DNA of 63,911 nucleotides, the filler included, from Choristocarpus tenellus KU-1152 (lineage: Eukaryota > Protista > Phaeophyceae): NCBI GenBank assembly GCA_964200185.2. It is 12 parts of 12 records of this genome, joined end to end, with 100 filler letters (N's around TTAATTAATTAA, not from the genome) between each part and the next. Parts side by side here need not be neighbours in the genome. Positions count along the whole stretch, not along the records: positions 12,098 to 19,051 come from CAXNAD020006981.1; positions 19,152 to 28,924 come from CAXNAD020003404.1; 10 more parts are not named here. One strand, written 5' to 3'. Position numbers and translations under genes: made by a program. This document shows positions 12,098-23,970 of this stretch, one piece after another. Numbering within the stretch: the first letter of the stretch is position 1; every line of letters starts with the position of its first letter. The notes beneath the pieces are model-generated. The model saw only the letters and a program-made list of their open reading frames with translations. It was not told where the DNA came from and did no database searches.

Positions 12098-13590
12098 CGA
12101 GGGACCAGGAGTTGAGGAGCCAGGCCACCTGCTTGTCCTCCATCTCGCTGAGGCGTGTGGCCAAAGCTCGTGTCCCAGAGCTCTCGATCACCTCCGCCAT
12201 GTGGGCTCGAATAAAATCATCTGTTCCCACTGGAGCCCCTAGAGTGACAAAACACTGGGGTTCGGGGCTAGGTTGAATCACGCTGTAGAGAGAAGCTCCA
12301 GTTCCGAGGGCATGGGTTGGTGGCCCTGGGGAGGTGCGACAAAGGTCTTACCCATGTTTAGGTCGATGCCTACGTGATGGAGACTAGCTTTTGACTGCTC
12401 GAAAGCAGCTATGGTGGTAGGGGCTCGCAGAAATGGGCGGGTCATCCAGATAGATCCGGGAGGAAACCCCTTGGGGTCCAAAGACTGATTGGACCTGTTG
12501 TAAGGCCTTGTGTATTGCCATGCAATATAAGAGGGGGCCCAGTGGATCTCCCTGGTGGGCCCAGATCTTGACGGTAGAATCTTCGTCCCTCCCTCATCTA
12601 GGGGGAAAAGAAGATTCCTTGTGTTCCCATATACCTTAGAGACATACGGTAGGAGTCCTGGTAGGGTCTCTGGGAGGGCCTGGATGAAAGCTGAGCGACG
12701 TACGCTGTTGAAAGCATTCCTTCCGTCCAAACTGATGACCCATTCTCCGCCCTCATTCCTTAGGCGGATATCCAGGAGTGCACGTCTATGCCATTTGGGA
12801 CCCTGACGCCGAATTGTCCTACTCTCCCGAAAAATTCCTCTAGGTAGGGGGCCAGTCTGTGCAGAAAGCTGAAGCACATGCCCTCCTGAAAAAGACCCAC
12901 AGGTAACCGGGCGATACTTCTCCCCAATTGCGACAGTCTGGAGTTGGTATGGAGTGTCCAGACCTCTAGGGGTAGGGAGTTTGGGGAGGTGTAGGCTAGC
13001 TCCCATAGCATTGCAAACGTCTTTGCCACTTCCTCGTGATCAACATCTGTCGTGATGGCTGATCTGATGTGGCTTGGGCGCATCCCATCAGGGCCTGGTG
13101 CCGAGTTACTTATAGCCCTCATGAAGGCTTTTCGAAGGGAGGTGGGGGTGTACTCCCCTTCAGGGGGGCAGTACCTTTGTTCCCCAGATCTTGCATTTCC
13201 TTGTACCCTGTCTTTTGCGTCCGTGATGGCCTGCCTAAGCTTGTCTTGGTTCCCACTCGGATGTTTAGGAACCAGTATATTGAAAGTCTCCTCTGTCCCT
13301 GGGGCTCTGGGTTGTGCTAGGAGCACGCTCGCTCCCTTGGAAATTCCTCCATGGTGGCGACCCAGAGCTGCAGCGCGTTCCTGGCAGGACTTAGGGTCCT
13401 CTTCAGGGGCCTCCCTACGTCTGCTGGTCCTCTGGGGTCGTTCTAGTAGCCGTGCAACTAGCTCTTGGATGTTCCCTGAAGCCTCTCGGGCAAACCATTC
13501 CTCCCTTGAGAACTTTCCATCATTTGCCAGTAAGAGGCCAGAGATCATGTAGAAGAGTTTGGATGCTCTGATGATGGCCCCTATTGTTGG
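12098..13590 (-). mobile_element. CRE-clade (CRE/SLACS/CZAR-like) non-LTR retrotransposon reverse transcriptase, frameshifted, 3' end cut by contig edge
   Basis: Motifs in order across frames: SAPGPDGMRPSHI, KYRPVTCG, GQFGVRVPNGID, VISLDGRNAFNSVRR, QGDPLGPLLYC, IYLDD (YLDD 12441-12452), GIDLNMGKT, VTLGAPVGTDDFIRAH. Confidence 0.88.
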
Positions 13591-13751
13591 TGCCCCCCCT
13601 TCCAGCCTTGGGCAGTTACCTCGTGTGTCAGGAGATCCACTGTGTGCATGAGGGCAATTGCGTGGGCGCTGCGAAGCCTATATTGTATCATGTATATGAC
13701 ACCAAAGATGAGTAACCTAATCTATGTTTTAACACGTTGTAGGGGAAAAGG

Positions 13752-14019
13752 TGTCAACTAACTAGTGTTATACGTACGTTGTGTGTACTGATAGAAGCAT
13801 GTAACAAAGTTTCATGTACGTTTATCTTTAGTTCGGTACAATACAGAGTAGTAACGTACATAGCAATATGATGGGTCAGTCTTTGGGCATACGTCAGAGG
13901 TAATGGACGGCAAAGACAAAATCCCAGCGGGTAATTAATAACCAGTGTATGTTATTCACCATAGAACTCAACCAGCAGCTTTCCAGTGACGAGCCTTTCC
14001 TGCACTAAGCCATTCAAAA
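13752..14019 (+). mobile_element. Copia-type LTR, copy 1
   Basis: About 265-bp repeat starting TGTCAA, preceded by purine tract AGGGGAAAAGG; homologous to 15227-15491 and 16799-17067. Confidence 0.75.
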
Positions 14020-15226
14020 CGCTTATAAGTGCCCTTATCAACATACTATAGCTAGAGGAGGCGCAGCTGAACTGGGTTGGTTTGGGTTGGTTTACATCAC
14101 TCGTGGCCTTAGACAGGATCCACACCAAACTCCTCCAATTGTGTAATGACAATTATGCTGACTGTTTTGCCACAACGTGTACTTTCTTGACCACAAAAGG
14201 TGACATTGATGAGGCATTGGACTATTAGGAGGACCCTCTTAGAGTGGGCGACATCGACTTCATCAAGGGGGATTATATGTGAGTGAAGAAGAGGTCACCA
14301 AGGCCAAGAAAGCATACGATGTTCTATTGAGGAGCACCAGTAGGGGTTCTACAAGTGCATTGAACGCAATGCAGCGTCACTATCAGAGGCTTGGAGGCAA
14401 CTGAGGGAGCATTTTCTTATTCACTCAAATGAGGAAATCGCCAGACCCCAGAAGATGGACTGTTGCATTGTTTGATCTGTTTTGCTGTTTTCAATTGAGA
14501 CTACCCTGGTGATTTGTATGAGTGATGAGTCCGTCAAAGTGTTAGCAGATGGTATCCCTCCACAACCCAAGACCGTAAGAACAACACATAGTTCTCCTGA
14601 ATGTGATTTATAGGATCGAGCTAGAGCAGAAGAGATGTCTGGTTTGTTGTTTGAATGACAGTTGGGTGGAGGCTGTGTTACTCCCTGGACGGGGTAATTT
14701 ACACCAAATAGATTCACAAGCACAAGTTCAATGGATTTGGTAAGATAGTGAGATACAACTCATGTCTAGTAGGGATAGGATTTCATGAGACTAAGGATTT
14801 AGATTTTCTGTGGATACCTTTGCCCTGATGACATGGTCTGTACGTCTAAGAATGCATTTTGGCACTAGCTTCAGAAAGGGATTAATGAATTGGGAGATGA
14901 AGCAGATTCTTATTAGAGCAGAATCAGAGAGGAAGTATTTATTCGTTTATGTGATGTATGTGGTACATGGCCAGGAAAGATTGTGTGTTTAGTGAAAGCT
15001 CTTTCTGGCACCAAACAGGCAAGTAGGGAGTATAAAATAAAATATGTTGGTGCGCGTTTTTGGAATAATGTGGTTTTGAGCAACGCAGAGCAGAGCCCTG
15101 TGTGTTACGCTATGTAGAGATGGCATTGTTGTGCTGTGATAGCCCCTCACAATGATTATGTTATGGTGACAGGTATAAATGATGTTATTGGTAAGGAGTT
15201 CATGCTTGTTTTCAGCAAGGGGAGGA
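14020..15226 (+). pseudogene. Decayed, heavily deleted Copia internal region (gag-like and integrase-like remnants)
   Basis: Lies between two LTR copies. Contains a degenerate PBS-like GCTTATAAGTGCCC, gag-like DPLRVGD..EEVTKAKKAYDVL, WVEAV/NR remnants and a purine tract before 15227. Confidence 0.45.
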
Positions 15227-15491
15227 TGTCGAATAAGTAGTGTCATACCTACGTTATGTGTGCTGATACAAGCATGTAACACAGTTTCATGTGCGTATAT
15301 TTTTTGTTCGGTACAATACAGAGTAGTAACGTACATAGCGGTATGATAGGTCAGTCTTTGATCATATGTCAGAGATAATAGATTTCTAAGACAAAGGGCC
15401 CAGTGGGTAGTTAATAACCGGTGTATGTTCACCATGGAACTCAAACAGCAGTTTTCCAGTGACAAGCCTTTCCTGCACTAACTATTCAACA
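15227..15491 (+). mobile_element. Copia-type LTR, copy 2
   Basis: TGTCGAATA...TATTCAACA terminal inverted repeats, preceded by a polypurine tract. Confidence 0.8.
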
Positions 15492-15539
15492 GAAGGAAGA
15501 TCCAAATACACAGTGAAAGTAGAGGTGGCAAAGTACTGA

Positions 15540-16200
15540 CCTTGCAACCATGGTCTGTGGCAGAGGAACGTTGGACTCCCTCCGTAGGCACTCCTCCTCC
15601 TCTGGTGTACAGTCTGTCAAGGTGTACTCTGTCTTGGATTCTTGAGAGTGTCGACCAATGTCGAGGTTCCCAGGATCTGTACTCCGTTGCGCTCGAGCAG
15701 CCTGGCGCTAGACTTGACCACAGTCCCAATTGCATTGGACAAGGACATACTGTGGCAATATTCGAAGAAAATGTGGATGACCGCTATACCGTGTCTTGCA
15801 AATGTCTGGAAAACCTACTGCATTTCATAGCTGTTCTTGAACTGGTTTCCACAACCATCAGTCCAGATATATGTATCAGCTGTAGTTCTTGTCCATACAC
15901 TCATGAGCCATGGACTTCAACAACTCGTCAATGAGCATCTCCAGAACATGCTGTGTGAACTGATTGTTCTGGCTGGTGTCTTGGTTTAGAAACACGGAGC
16001 TGTGTGCCCACAATTGTCCCCGCACGAGGTCCCCTCCCCTCCTAGGACCCAAGTCCTTCATCCGCACGGCAACTAGGAGCATTGCGGTCAGCAACAGGTT
16101 GCAGAACTTCTGCTGTGTCGAGTCCTGGTGACTATGCCCATACTGAGATTGGAAGTCTACCATGAGCACAGCGTGCTCGTTGCATAGGTGGGCTACAGAG
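15540..16200. pseudogene. Copia pol fragments: RNase H-like (+, about 15560-15820) and RT-like (-, about 15980-16190)
   Basis: LSW, TVAIFEEN..LAN (EDN motif) and FQSQYG...MLLVAVRMKDL..GDL remnants; very degenerate. Confidence 0.4.
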
Positions 16201-16798
16201 TGCTTGTAATGGTGGGCCTGCCGACTGCAGGTGTTATGATGCAGGAAGAAGTTCTTGAAGATGAATTCAACAAGGGTAGGGAAGTTAAGTCGAAGTTAAT
16301 CCATTCGTGGGAGTAGCAGCTACAAAAAGAGAAAGCTCGATTGCATTGATGATTTGGAGCAGTTGTTAAGGGGGGGGACTGATGTTCTGACTGGGAGATA
16401 CCCAAAAGACACATTTGTAGAAAAGGAAAAGTTGGAAAAAATAATCAAAGTAATGATATGAGAGAAAAAAAGACAAGAGAGAAGAGAAGGAAAATTAACC
16501 CCCATTTGAAACGAAGGAGAAGAGGAGATTTGTGACACACCTCTTCTTTTCGAGATATGTTGGGTGTATAGTTGAAAGGTTTTATCATTCAATCTCTTTG
16601 AATTCTTGGCAAGAACTTGCGCACAGCTGCTACATCATCTATTGCCGTTGAAGTTGCAAGGAGGACTCACCTAGCGCTTCTTTTTGTGCTTATTGGTTCT
16701 GGTCCTTGGTGTGTTGTTTTCCTCGTCAAAATCTGTCATCGGGCAGAGAGTCAGTTGTTGGTATGCGCAGGCATACAGCTGCCTGACATGAAGCCGCC

Positions 16799-17067
16799 TG
16801 TTGAATAGCTTCGCTCAGGAAAGGCTCGTCGCCACAAGCTGCTGGTTGAGTTATGTGGTGAACATACACTATTTATTAATTACCCGCTGGTATTTGTCTT
16901 AGCCATTCATTATCACTGAACGTATGGATAAATACTGACTTATCATACCGCCAAGTACAATTTCTACTTTGTATTGTACCAAACTAAAGATAAACGTACA
17001 TTAAATTATCTTATTATACTTGTATCAGCACAAACATCATAATAAGAGTAACACTAGTTATTTGACA
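16799..17067 (-). mobile_element. Solo LTR (same Copia family)
   Basis: Reverse complement of 15227-15491 with TG...CA ends, flanked by CCGCC / TCGCC (5-bp TSD, one mismatch). Confidence 0.8.
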
Positions 17068-17397
17068 TCGCCTGTCATCAGATCCTTGGCCCTATACTCG
17101 ACATACCTCTCCTTGATCCTCTCAAATATCTCCTGCTTTGTGGCCCCTTGGGCTAACCGGCCTGAGATGTGGACAAACAATTGTGTTGTGTGTGGTCTGA
17201 GTTATAATGGGGGGGGGATTTTTCAGAAAAGAGATTTGCAAATCAAGTCCTGGAAGTGTTTGCCGATGGGTTAATTTTTTGGAGATACATATCTTTTTTG
17301 TGTCTTGCCAAAAGCATGAAATAAAATTGGAAAATGTGTGTAAAAAGTCGCGCCCGCATTCATCTTGATATTGTTCTGTGACACTCCATCAAGCTCA

Positions 17398-17650
17398 GAG
17401 CCAAAGTAAACGAGAATGCCCAGAGTGACACTTGGTAAATGCTGGCAAACGTGTCAGAAATCGCCTTTTTTAACAAAAAAGCGTGTAGGGTATTTTCCGA
17501 TTTGTCTCGAAAAGTTTCAAACAATAGAGAAATCAGCCCTCTCAAGTCAAACTCAACTTCATAGAAATATGGGTGAAATTGAAAAAGATTGAAAAACTGG
17601 CATACCATGCAAAAGAGTAAAAAATGGGTACCTCTCGTTTACTTCGGCTC
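17398..17650 (+). mobile_element. MITE family D (TIR GAGCCAAAGTAAACGAG)
   Basis: GAGCCAAAGTAAACGAGA...TCTCGTTTACTTCGGCTC; right half shared with 30487-30600 and 40340-40423. Confidence 0.75.
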
Positions 17651-17859
17651 TTGCTCTCCATGGTTGTGTCCAAATCTGCATTCTAAAAATGGCTGAGGGA
17701 AGGGAAGAAGGGAGATTAATGTATTGGCGTTGGAGGTAGGACATTGTCAGTTGCGCACACAAACAAGAAAACGTGACTCTTGACCATCATACGCCTGGGC
17801 TATATCGCGCCTCTAAGCATGTTATATGCAACGTCTGTCGGGATGGCAGACTGTCTTGT

Positions 17860-18220
17860 TGGTGTGTGGGTCCAAGTAGTTATGAGCTTAGTCTCATCGT
17901 GCTTCCAGGTTGGATCGTAAAGAAAGGACTTGCTGTTGGTTTCCAAGCTATACCATTCAAGAGGATGCTTGTTTTCCCCTAGTCTGTCCGTTCAGAGCTT
18001 GAAACAGTGTAGCAAGGAACACCCTTTTGAAACCCCTTTGCATTTCACTCTGTTCCAGATTAAGTTAAATGTACAAGAATTGCTCTTCTTGGATGAGTTA
18101 TTCTGTCAAACATGTATGGAGGATGAGTGTGTGGAGGTCCAAGACTTGAATTCCACACCTGATATTTTGGAAAGTGTCGTCATACACAGACATTGACGAC
18201 GATGAATCACGCATTTTTTA
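17860..18220 (+). pseudogene. Decayed Copia RNase H-like fragment
   Basis: VQELLFLDEL...VQDLN...HTDID pattern across frames. Confidence 0.3.
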
Positions 18221-19151
18221 ATAGTCCCTTAACCAATTCCTTATGGAGACCTGAAGTCACAGCACAGAAGTATAGCGCACCAACAGATAATGGTAGGTAC
18301 GAAAGACAAAGACACAATAGCCACAGAAGAGACGTAATCTGATCATACTGATGATCACACTTTCTGTATCACGACGTAAAACATTAAACTTCCCGCACCT
18401 ACATAACAGAAGCTTTAGGAGAAAAGTCACCCTTGTATTAACAAACATCGCATAACCCAAAGAAACCATGTACATAAAGGTATTAATTCAAAATATCTAA
18501 GGACAGTAAAAAAATACAGAGTTAACGAAGTGAGAGAAACACATATAATAAACTATGTCAACCCATAATATCAGAAAAAGTAAAATATCTAGTCCATTAA
18601 AGAAATGGGCACCCTTTGCACCATCATGTCCAACCTAGTTTACCACAAAAACGGGAAATTCCCCGGAATATTTACAACCAGAATGGACTGGAAACGCCAC
18701 ACACAACTAAAACCTCAGAGTAGGAGAGACAATTTCCCGCCATGGCTTATAGGGTTCTTGCTCATCTTGTCCAGAACCAGCTGCCCCGAGCTCCTCCCTG
18801 GTGCATGTCGTAGCTTTCGGCAAAAAGTTGGACGTTCTGTTAAAACATAGGCTACTCATTTGTTTCTTGTTGATATGATACACATACTACCAGCTTGTAC
18901 TGACTGTTGATTGGTGCACTGCACTGGTTGTTAGTGTTCATTTATTTATTGCACATTCCAACTCATCATCACATCGATGACAGGAGATAGAAGCATCGCA
19001 TCAGTTGATATTCAGTTGATCCACATCACACACAGGAACATCATAGTACACNNNNNNNNNNNNNNNNNNNNNNNNNNNNNNNNNNNNNNNNNNNNTTAAT
19101 TAATTAANNNNNNNNNNNNNNNNNNNNNNNNNNNNNNNNNNNNNNNNNNNN

Positions 19152-19224
19152 CACCCAAAAATCGTGAGATGAAAAAATTGATCCCAAATGGACAGCCGCC
19201 ACCCCCTCCCAGATACTTTGAGCC
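19152..19224 (-). mobile_element. MITE family B end (poly-C/G TIR) at contig start
   Basis: CCCAAATGGACAGCCGCC-Cn-AGATACTTTGAGCC; reverse complement of 31436-31500. Confidence 0.8.
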
Positions 19225-21029
19225 TTATCTCACGTATGTATCACATTTGACATGTTCTGACGAACGGTAAACTAATGTGTACTATGGATTTTGTGGAATC
19301 AGTATTGAACGTTACATGTGATGACATCAACACATAGCCCCACATGTGCATACCATAGTATGCGCCCCTTGCTCTATGGTGGATACGAGATAGCGATTGA
19401 GTTTTGTGGTGAGTCCAGGACGATAGTTTGGGGTGTGTGGCTCGAAAAAGTTGGTATGTCGACCGCAGCAACGTTTGCCACACTTTGTGGAACAACGTTC
19501 CGCAAAAATGGCATGATGTGTGTGACTTGAAGTAGGTTTGTATGTGGACAGCCGCAATGCTTACTGTGCTTTGACGAACGGTAAAGTACGACAAAGTGTG
19601 ACATGAGGCGAGTAGATGAAGGAAGGGGGAAACATTAATCGGTGTTATTTCATTAAAGTGTAAAGGTGAGAGAGAGAGTGTCAGGGTTGGGGCAGAGGGT
19701 TAGGGTCGGGACAGGTGCTATGGTTGGGATCGGAAACGGAAACCGTAAGGAACATCGTTTGGTTCTGATAGGTATCGGAACGCGGATATCGGAGCACACG
19801 AGCTTCGTCGATAGGTTTCGTTCTGCTCTTTATGGGAGGAGGTTTGCCTCACCGGCTCGGAACTACGGCGGAACTAGTGAATACCACTTCTCTCGGATTT
19901 CGATGCAAATGTGTGATTTTGGAAGGGTATGGTGACCATATGCTTCGCTAAGCTTATTCTTCAAGCGCTAATCCCCCATTGAGGCAATTACAGAACGCAC
20001 AGGCCACATTGGAGTGTGTCTCGCTGCGACCAGACGTGGTCTTGCCTTTGGGATGTCCTGGTGTCTACCCCTCCGAAGTCCACGAGTTCAGTCCCGTTGT
20101 TAGAGAGATCCCCTAGTGGCTGGCGGGTCGTCATTGTACATCTGCCGTGCGACGGATGTGGTCCCCTTGAACAACCGTGACGATGATTCTTCAATATTGT
20201 CCAGACCCGTTGCTTTGTTGTCGAGAGAGGGAGGGAGTGTGGGGTCTGTCGCATATGTGTTTTGGCGAAAGTTTTTGTTTATTGTGCAATATAATATAAC
20301 ACTAGGCAAAGTGTAATTTACGTTTTTGTTTCAATGTAAGAGTAAAGAACTGCGAATATATGCAAAAGAAGATGATGCCACCCTTTCGCACTAATGAAGA
20401 ATTAGCGCCTGAAGAGTTATATGTATATATTAAATTCATATATATATATATATATAACTTTTTTTGTTCCATTTCAACAGAATCGTCATGCATAGAATTT
20501 TCGACACATATGTCAAGAGTGCAAAATCCCATTTATTATATATCGGTTTTTAATCCCTAGAAGAAGGAACACCCGAAGTGGCCTGTTCGTAACTGCAAAA
20601 TAATACTATTATAAAATAGGGGTAGAGCATTCAATAAAGGCGGTTCTTATTGTACGGACAATGGTTCGGTTGTTACACAACCGAAAAAAGAAGAGATAAC
20701 AGGACCACACCCTCTTGGTCAGGAGAAGATATGCGTGTATCCGTTGCATGAGAATTGTGCTCATGTGTGGCTATCCCTGTACACCGTACGTTATGCTGAA
20801 TACCGGGCGTATCGGAAGGTGAAAAAGGACAAGACTGCCACCTCGTGCAATGTGATCGGTTGCGTACGGCTGGAGGATGATGTGAACCGACCGCCTAATG
20901 CCACCCTCTCTGAGCCTGACCCGATGCGCAAAATATTTTCTCTCTTTCTGTTTGTTCCTCCTGTCCCGTTTCGAACGTGCCCACTCCATGCAGAAATCCC
21001 GCGATCAACTCCGAGGATTGGTACAACCA

Positions 21030-21289
21030 GAGTGAAAGTACCTTAGAGAGTAAGAGTTTTGCCCGGTTTGTCTATTTGGGGCTTGGCTTCCCATGTTTTT
21101 TTTAATGAGATTTTTTCTAGTCCAAAGTGTTTCGGAGTAAGTAAAATGTACACGTTGTGAAAAGGTGTATCCGGAACAAGGATATTGACACTTCCTAACA
21201 AACATGATAGTCAACTTTTCATCAAAATCCCAACATTGGATTTTGGACCTCTAATGGACTCAGCCCTACCCTCTAAGATACTTTGACTC
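21030..21289 (+). mobile_element. MITE family A, full-length 260 bp, TSD ACCA
   Basis: Both TIRs present; ACCA at 21026-21029 and 21290-21293. Confidence 0.95.
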
Positions 21290-21489
21290 ACCACCTGACA
21301 CCACAATGCCTCCAAAGGGAACCAAAAGGTGAGCCCTCATACAAGAAACGTTCGCCCTTCCTGCGGCCTACGCAGGAGCGTCTCTGAATGACCAACATCG
21401 CAAACACGTCGTCACAATATGGTGCCTTTGGCGGGTGTTGCGGCTATCATTCAAAAATGTAGCATGTATTTGCATGCGGCTGAGATGAT

Positions 21490-22730
21490 ACTGTATCCAC
21501 CACCTGTGTATGGTGGAGATTCCACCATTTTTATATTCGATTTCCTGTGTTGCTTTGTGCTCCCAACCGTGTACACACCACCTCTCCACGGTGGTGATAT
21601 CACCGTTTTTATATTCGATGTCCTGTGTTTATATGTGCTCCCAACCGTGTGCACACCTCCTGTCCATGGTGGTGATATCCCCATTTTTAGATTCGATGTC
21701 CTGTGTGTATTTGCGCTCCCAACCGTGTGGACACCACCTGTCCATGGTGGTGATATCACCGTTTTTAGATCCGTTGCCCTGTAATTATTTGTGCTCCCAA
21801 CTGTGTGCACACCGCCTCTCTACATTGGTGATATAACCATTTTTAGATCCGATGCCTGCAATTATTTGTGGTCCAAACCGTGAACACACACCACCTGTCC
21901 ATGGTGGTGATATCACCATTTTTAGATCCGATGCCCTGTAATTATTTGAGCTCCCAACCGTGTGCACATCGCCTGTCCGTGGTGGATATTCCAGCATTTT
22001 TATATTCGGTTTCTTGTCTGTCTTTGTGCTTTTACCGTGTACACACCACCTCTCCACGGTGGTGATACCTGTGTATTTAGATCCGATGCCCTGTAATTAT
22101 TTGTGGTGCCAACCGTGTACACACCACCTGTCCATGGTGGTGATACCTGTGTATTTGGATTCGATGCCCTTGTAATTATTTGTGCTCCCAACCGTGTGCA
22201 CATCGCCTGTCCATGGTGGATATTCCAGCATTTTTATTTTCGATTTCCTGTGTTTCTTTGTGCTTTTACCGTGTACACATCACCTCTCCACGGTGGTGAT
22301 ACCTGTGTATTTAGATTCGATGCCCTGTAATTAATTGTGGTCCCAACCGTGCACACACCACCTGTCCATGGTGGTTATATCACCATTTTTTAAGATTCGA
22401 TGCCCTGTAATTATTTGTGGTCCCAACCGTGTACACACCACCTGTCCACGGTGGTTATACCTGTGCATCTGGATTCGATGCCCTGTAACTATTTGTGGTC
22501 CCAACCGTGTGCACACCACCTGTTCATGGTGGTTATACCTGTGCATTTGGATTCGATGCCATGTAATTATTTGTGGTCCCAACTGTGTACACAGCACCTG
22601 TCCACGGTGGTGATATCACCATTTTTAGATTCGATGCCCTGTAATTATTTGTGGTCCAAACCGTGTACACACCACCTGTCCACGGTGGAGATTCCAGCAT
22701 TTTTAGATTCGATGCTCTATGTTACAGGGC
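21490..22730. repeat. Minisatellite, 78-bp unit x about 16, with a hairpin in each unit
   Basis: The CCCAACCGT landmark recurs at about 21562, 21640, 21718, 21796...22655; units contain CACCACC-N7-GGTGGTG or close variants. Confidence 0.95.
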
Positions 22731-23299
22731 ACTAGTTTTCCCTGTCTGTCCTTTTGGGGCTTCACTGGCCACAGTTTTTGAAGGACTTTGTACTTTTGCC
22801 CCAAAAATGTTTTGGAGAAGTACAATGTCTGCACTATGGGAAAGGAGTGTTTGTCATGTGGTTATTTACATATCCAAAAAATAAGGAAGGCAAGAATGAC
22901 AGCAAAAAAGCAACATTCGAATTCGGTCGCACAAAATGAACGTGGCCCTACCACTAACATATTTCTACCAGCACCCATGATACCAACCCTAGCCCGGAAA
23001 AAAAATATAACCCACATTTTCAACACTTATCCAAATCCGCAATTTACAGATTTCACCTCGGATCAAAAATGTAGTCATAGAATAAATTCAAAGGCTCCAA
23101 GGCGAAAGGGCTACAGCAAATTCGACCGAACCTTTTTCGGAAATTGGAACATGTGTTGCTGTCACTTTTAATGGGAGTAATCAGACAATTGATCCGAAAT
23201 AGAAGAAAAATTCCACGATGCAATTTCGCGCGCCACGACATCCGTCCGTCCAGGATGACGTGGTAACATCTTCGATACGCGCGTGTAAGGGCTCCGATA

Positions 23300-23970
23300 C
23301 TATTGGAACATTTCCGATGAGGTTCAAATCGGAAATATACATACACACCCCCGAAACGTTTTGAACATGCTACGGAATTTGATGGCCTTTACTGTTGGTC
23401 AGAACACATAAAATTCATTCATTATTATCAGCCTCGTGTCAAGCTCAAACCTGCGCATGATTCCTCTCCCGACATTCAATCCAGGTCAGCACGTGAATTC
23501 CTTTCATCTTCACCTACCACTTTCTCGGTTCGACGTTACGTTTATCTGCTCGGGTTGTTACAACTTCAAATAGACACACACACCCTCGACCGTCTCGCCG
23601 CGCGTTCTTATTTGATGGCATTTACCGTTCGTCAGAACACATAAAATTCATTCATTATTATTAGCCTTGTTTCAAGCGCAAACTTGCGCGTGGTGGACCT
23701 ACATATATCTAACCCGGGTCGCCAAGTATATCCCTTTCATGTTCACCTTTCACTTTCGAGACTACACGTTATGCGTTCCTGCTCAGGAGTACCATTTCAA
23801 ATCTACACATACACACCCCAACGGTATTGCCACGCTTTGAGTATCGATCGTCTACACTGTTCGACAGAACACATGAAATGCGCTCACTGCCCGCCCTATG
23901 TCAAGCGCAAACCTGTGCATGATTGCCGCTGCTATATCTGACCTTGATCTGCGCGTAAATTCACGTCAGG
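23300..23970 (+). repeat. Tandem repeat family R-A, about 234-bp unit x3
   Basis: CACACCC...GATGG..TTTACCGTTCGTCAGAACACATAAAATTCA...TCAAGCGCAAAC recurs at about 23345, 23581, 23813; homologous to 37200-37660. Confidence 0.9.

Noticed and set aside
13052-13552. 166-aa plus-strand ORF
   Set aside because: Antisense shadow of the CRE RT frame.
19680-19710. Telomere-like TTAGGG/CCCTAA motifs (also about 2412-2425)
   Set aside because: Only 1-2 units, not an array.
21490-22730. CRISPR-like array
   Set aside because: The whole 78-bp unit is repeated with no unique spacers, there are no cas genes, and the context is eukaryotic.
21419-22735. Repeat-protein ORFs (26-aa period) in the minisatellite
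   Set aside because: ORFs appear in many frames on both strands and are broken by indels and stops; they are a by-product of the array.
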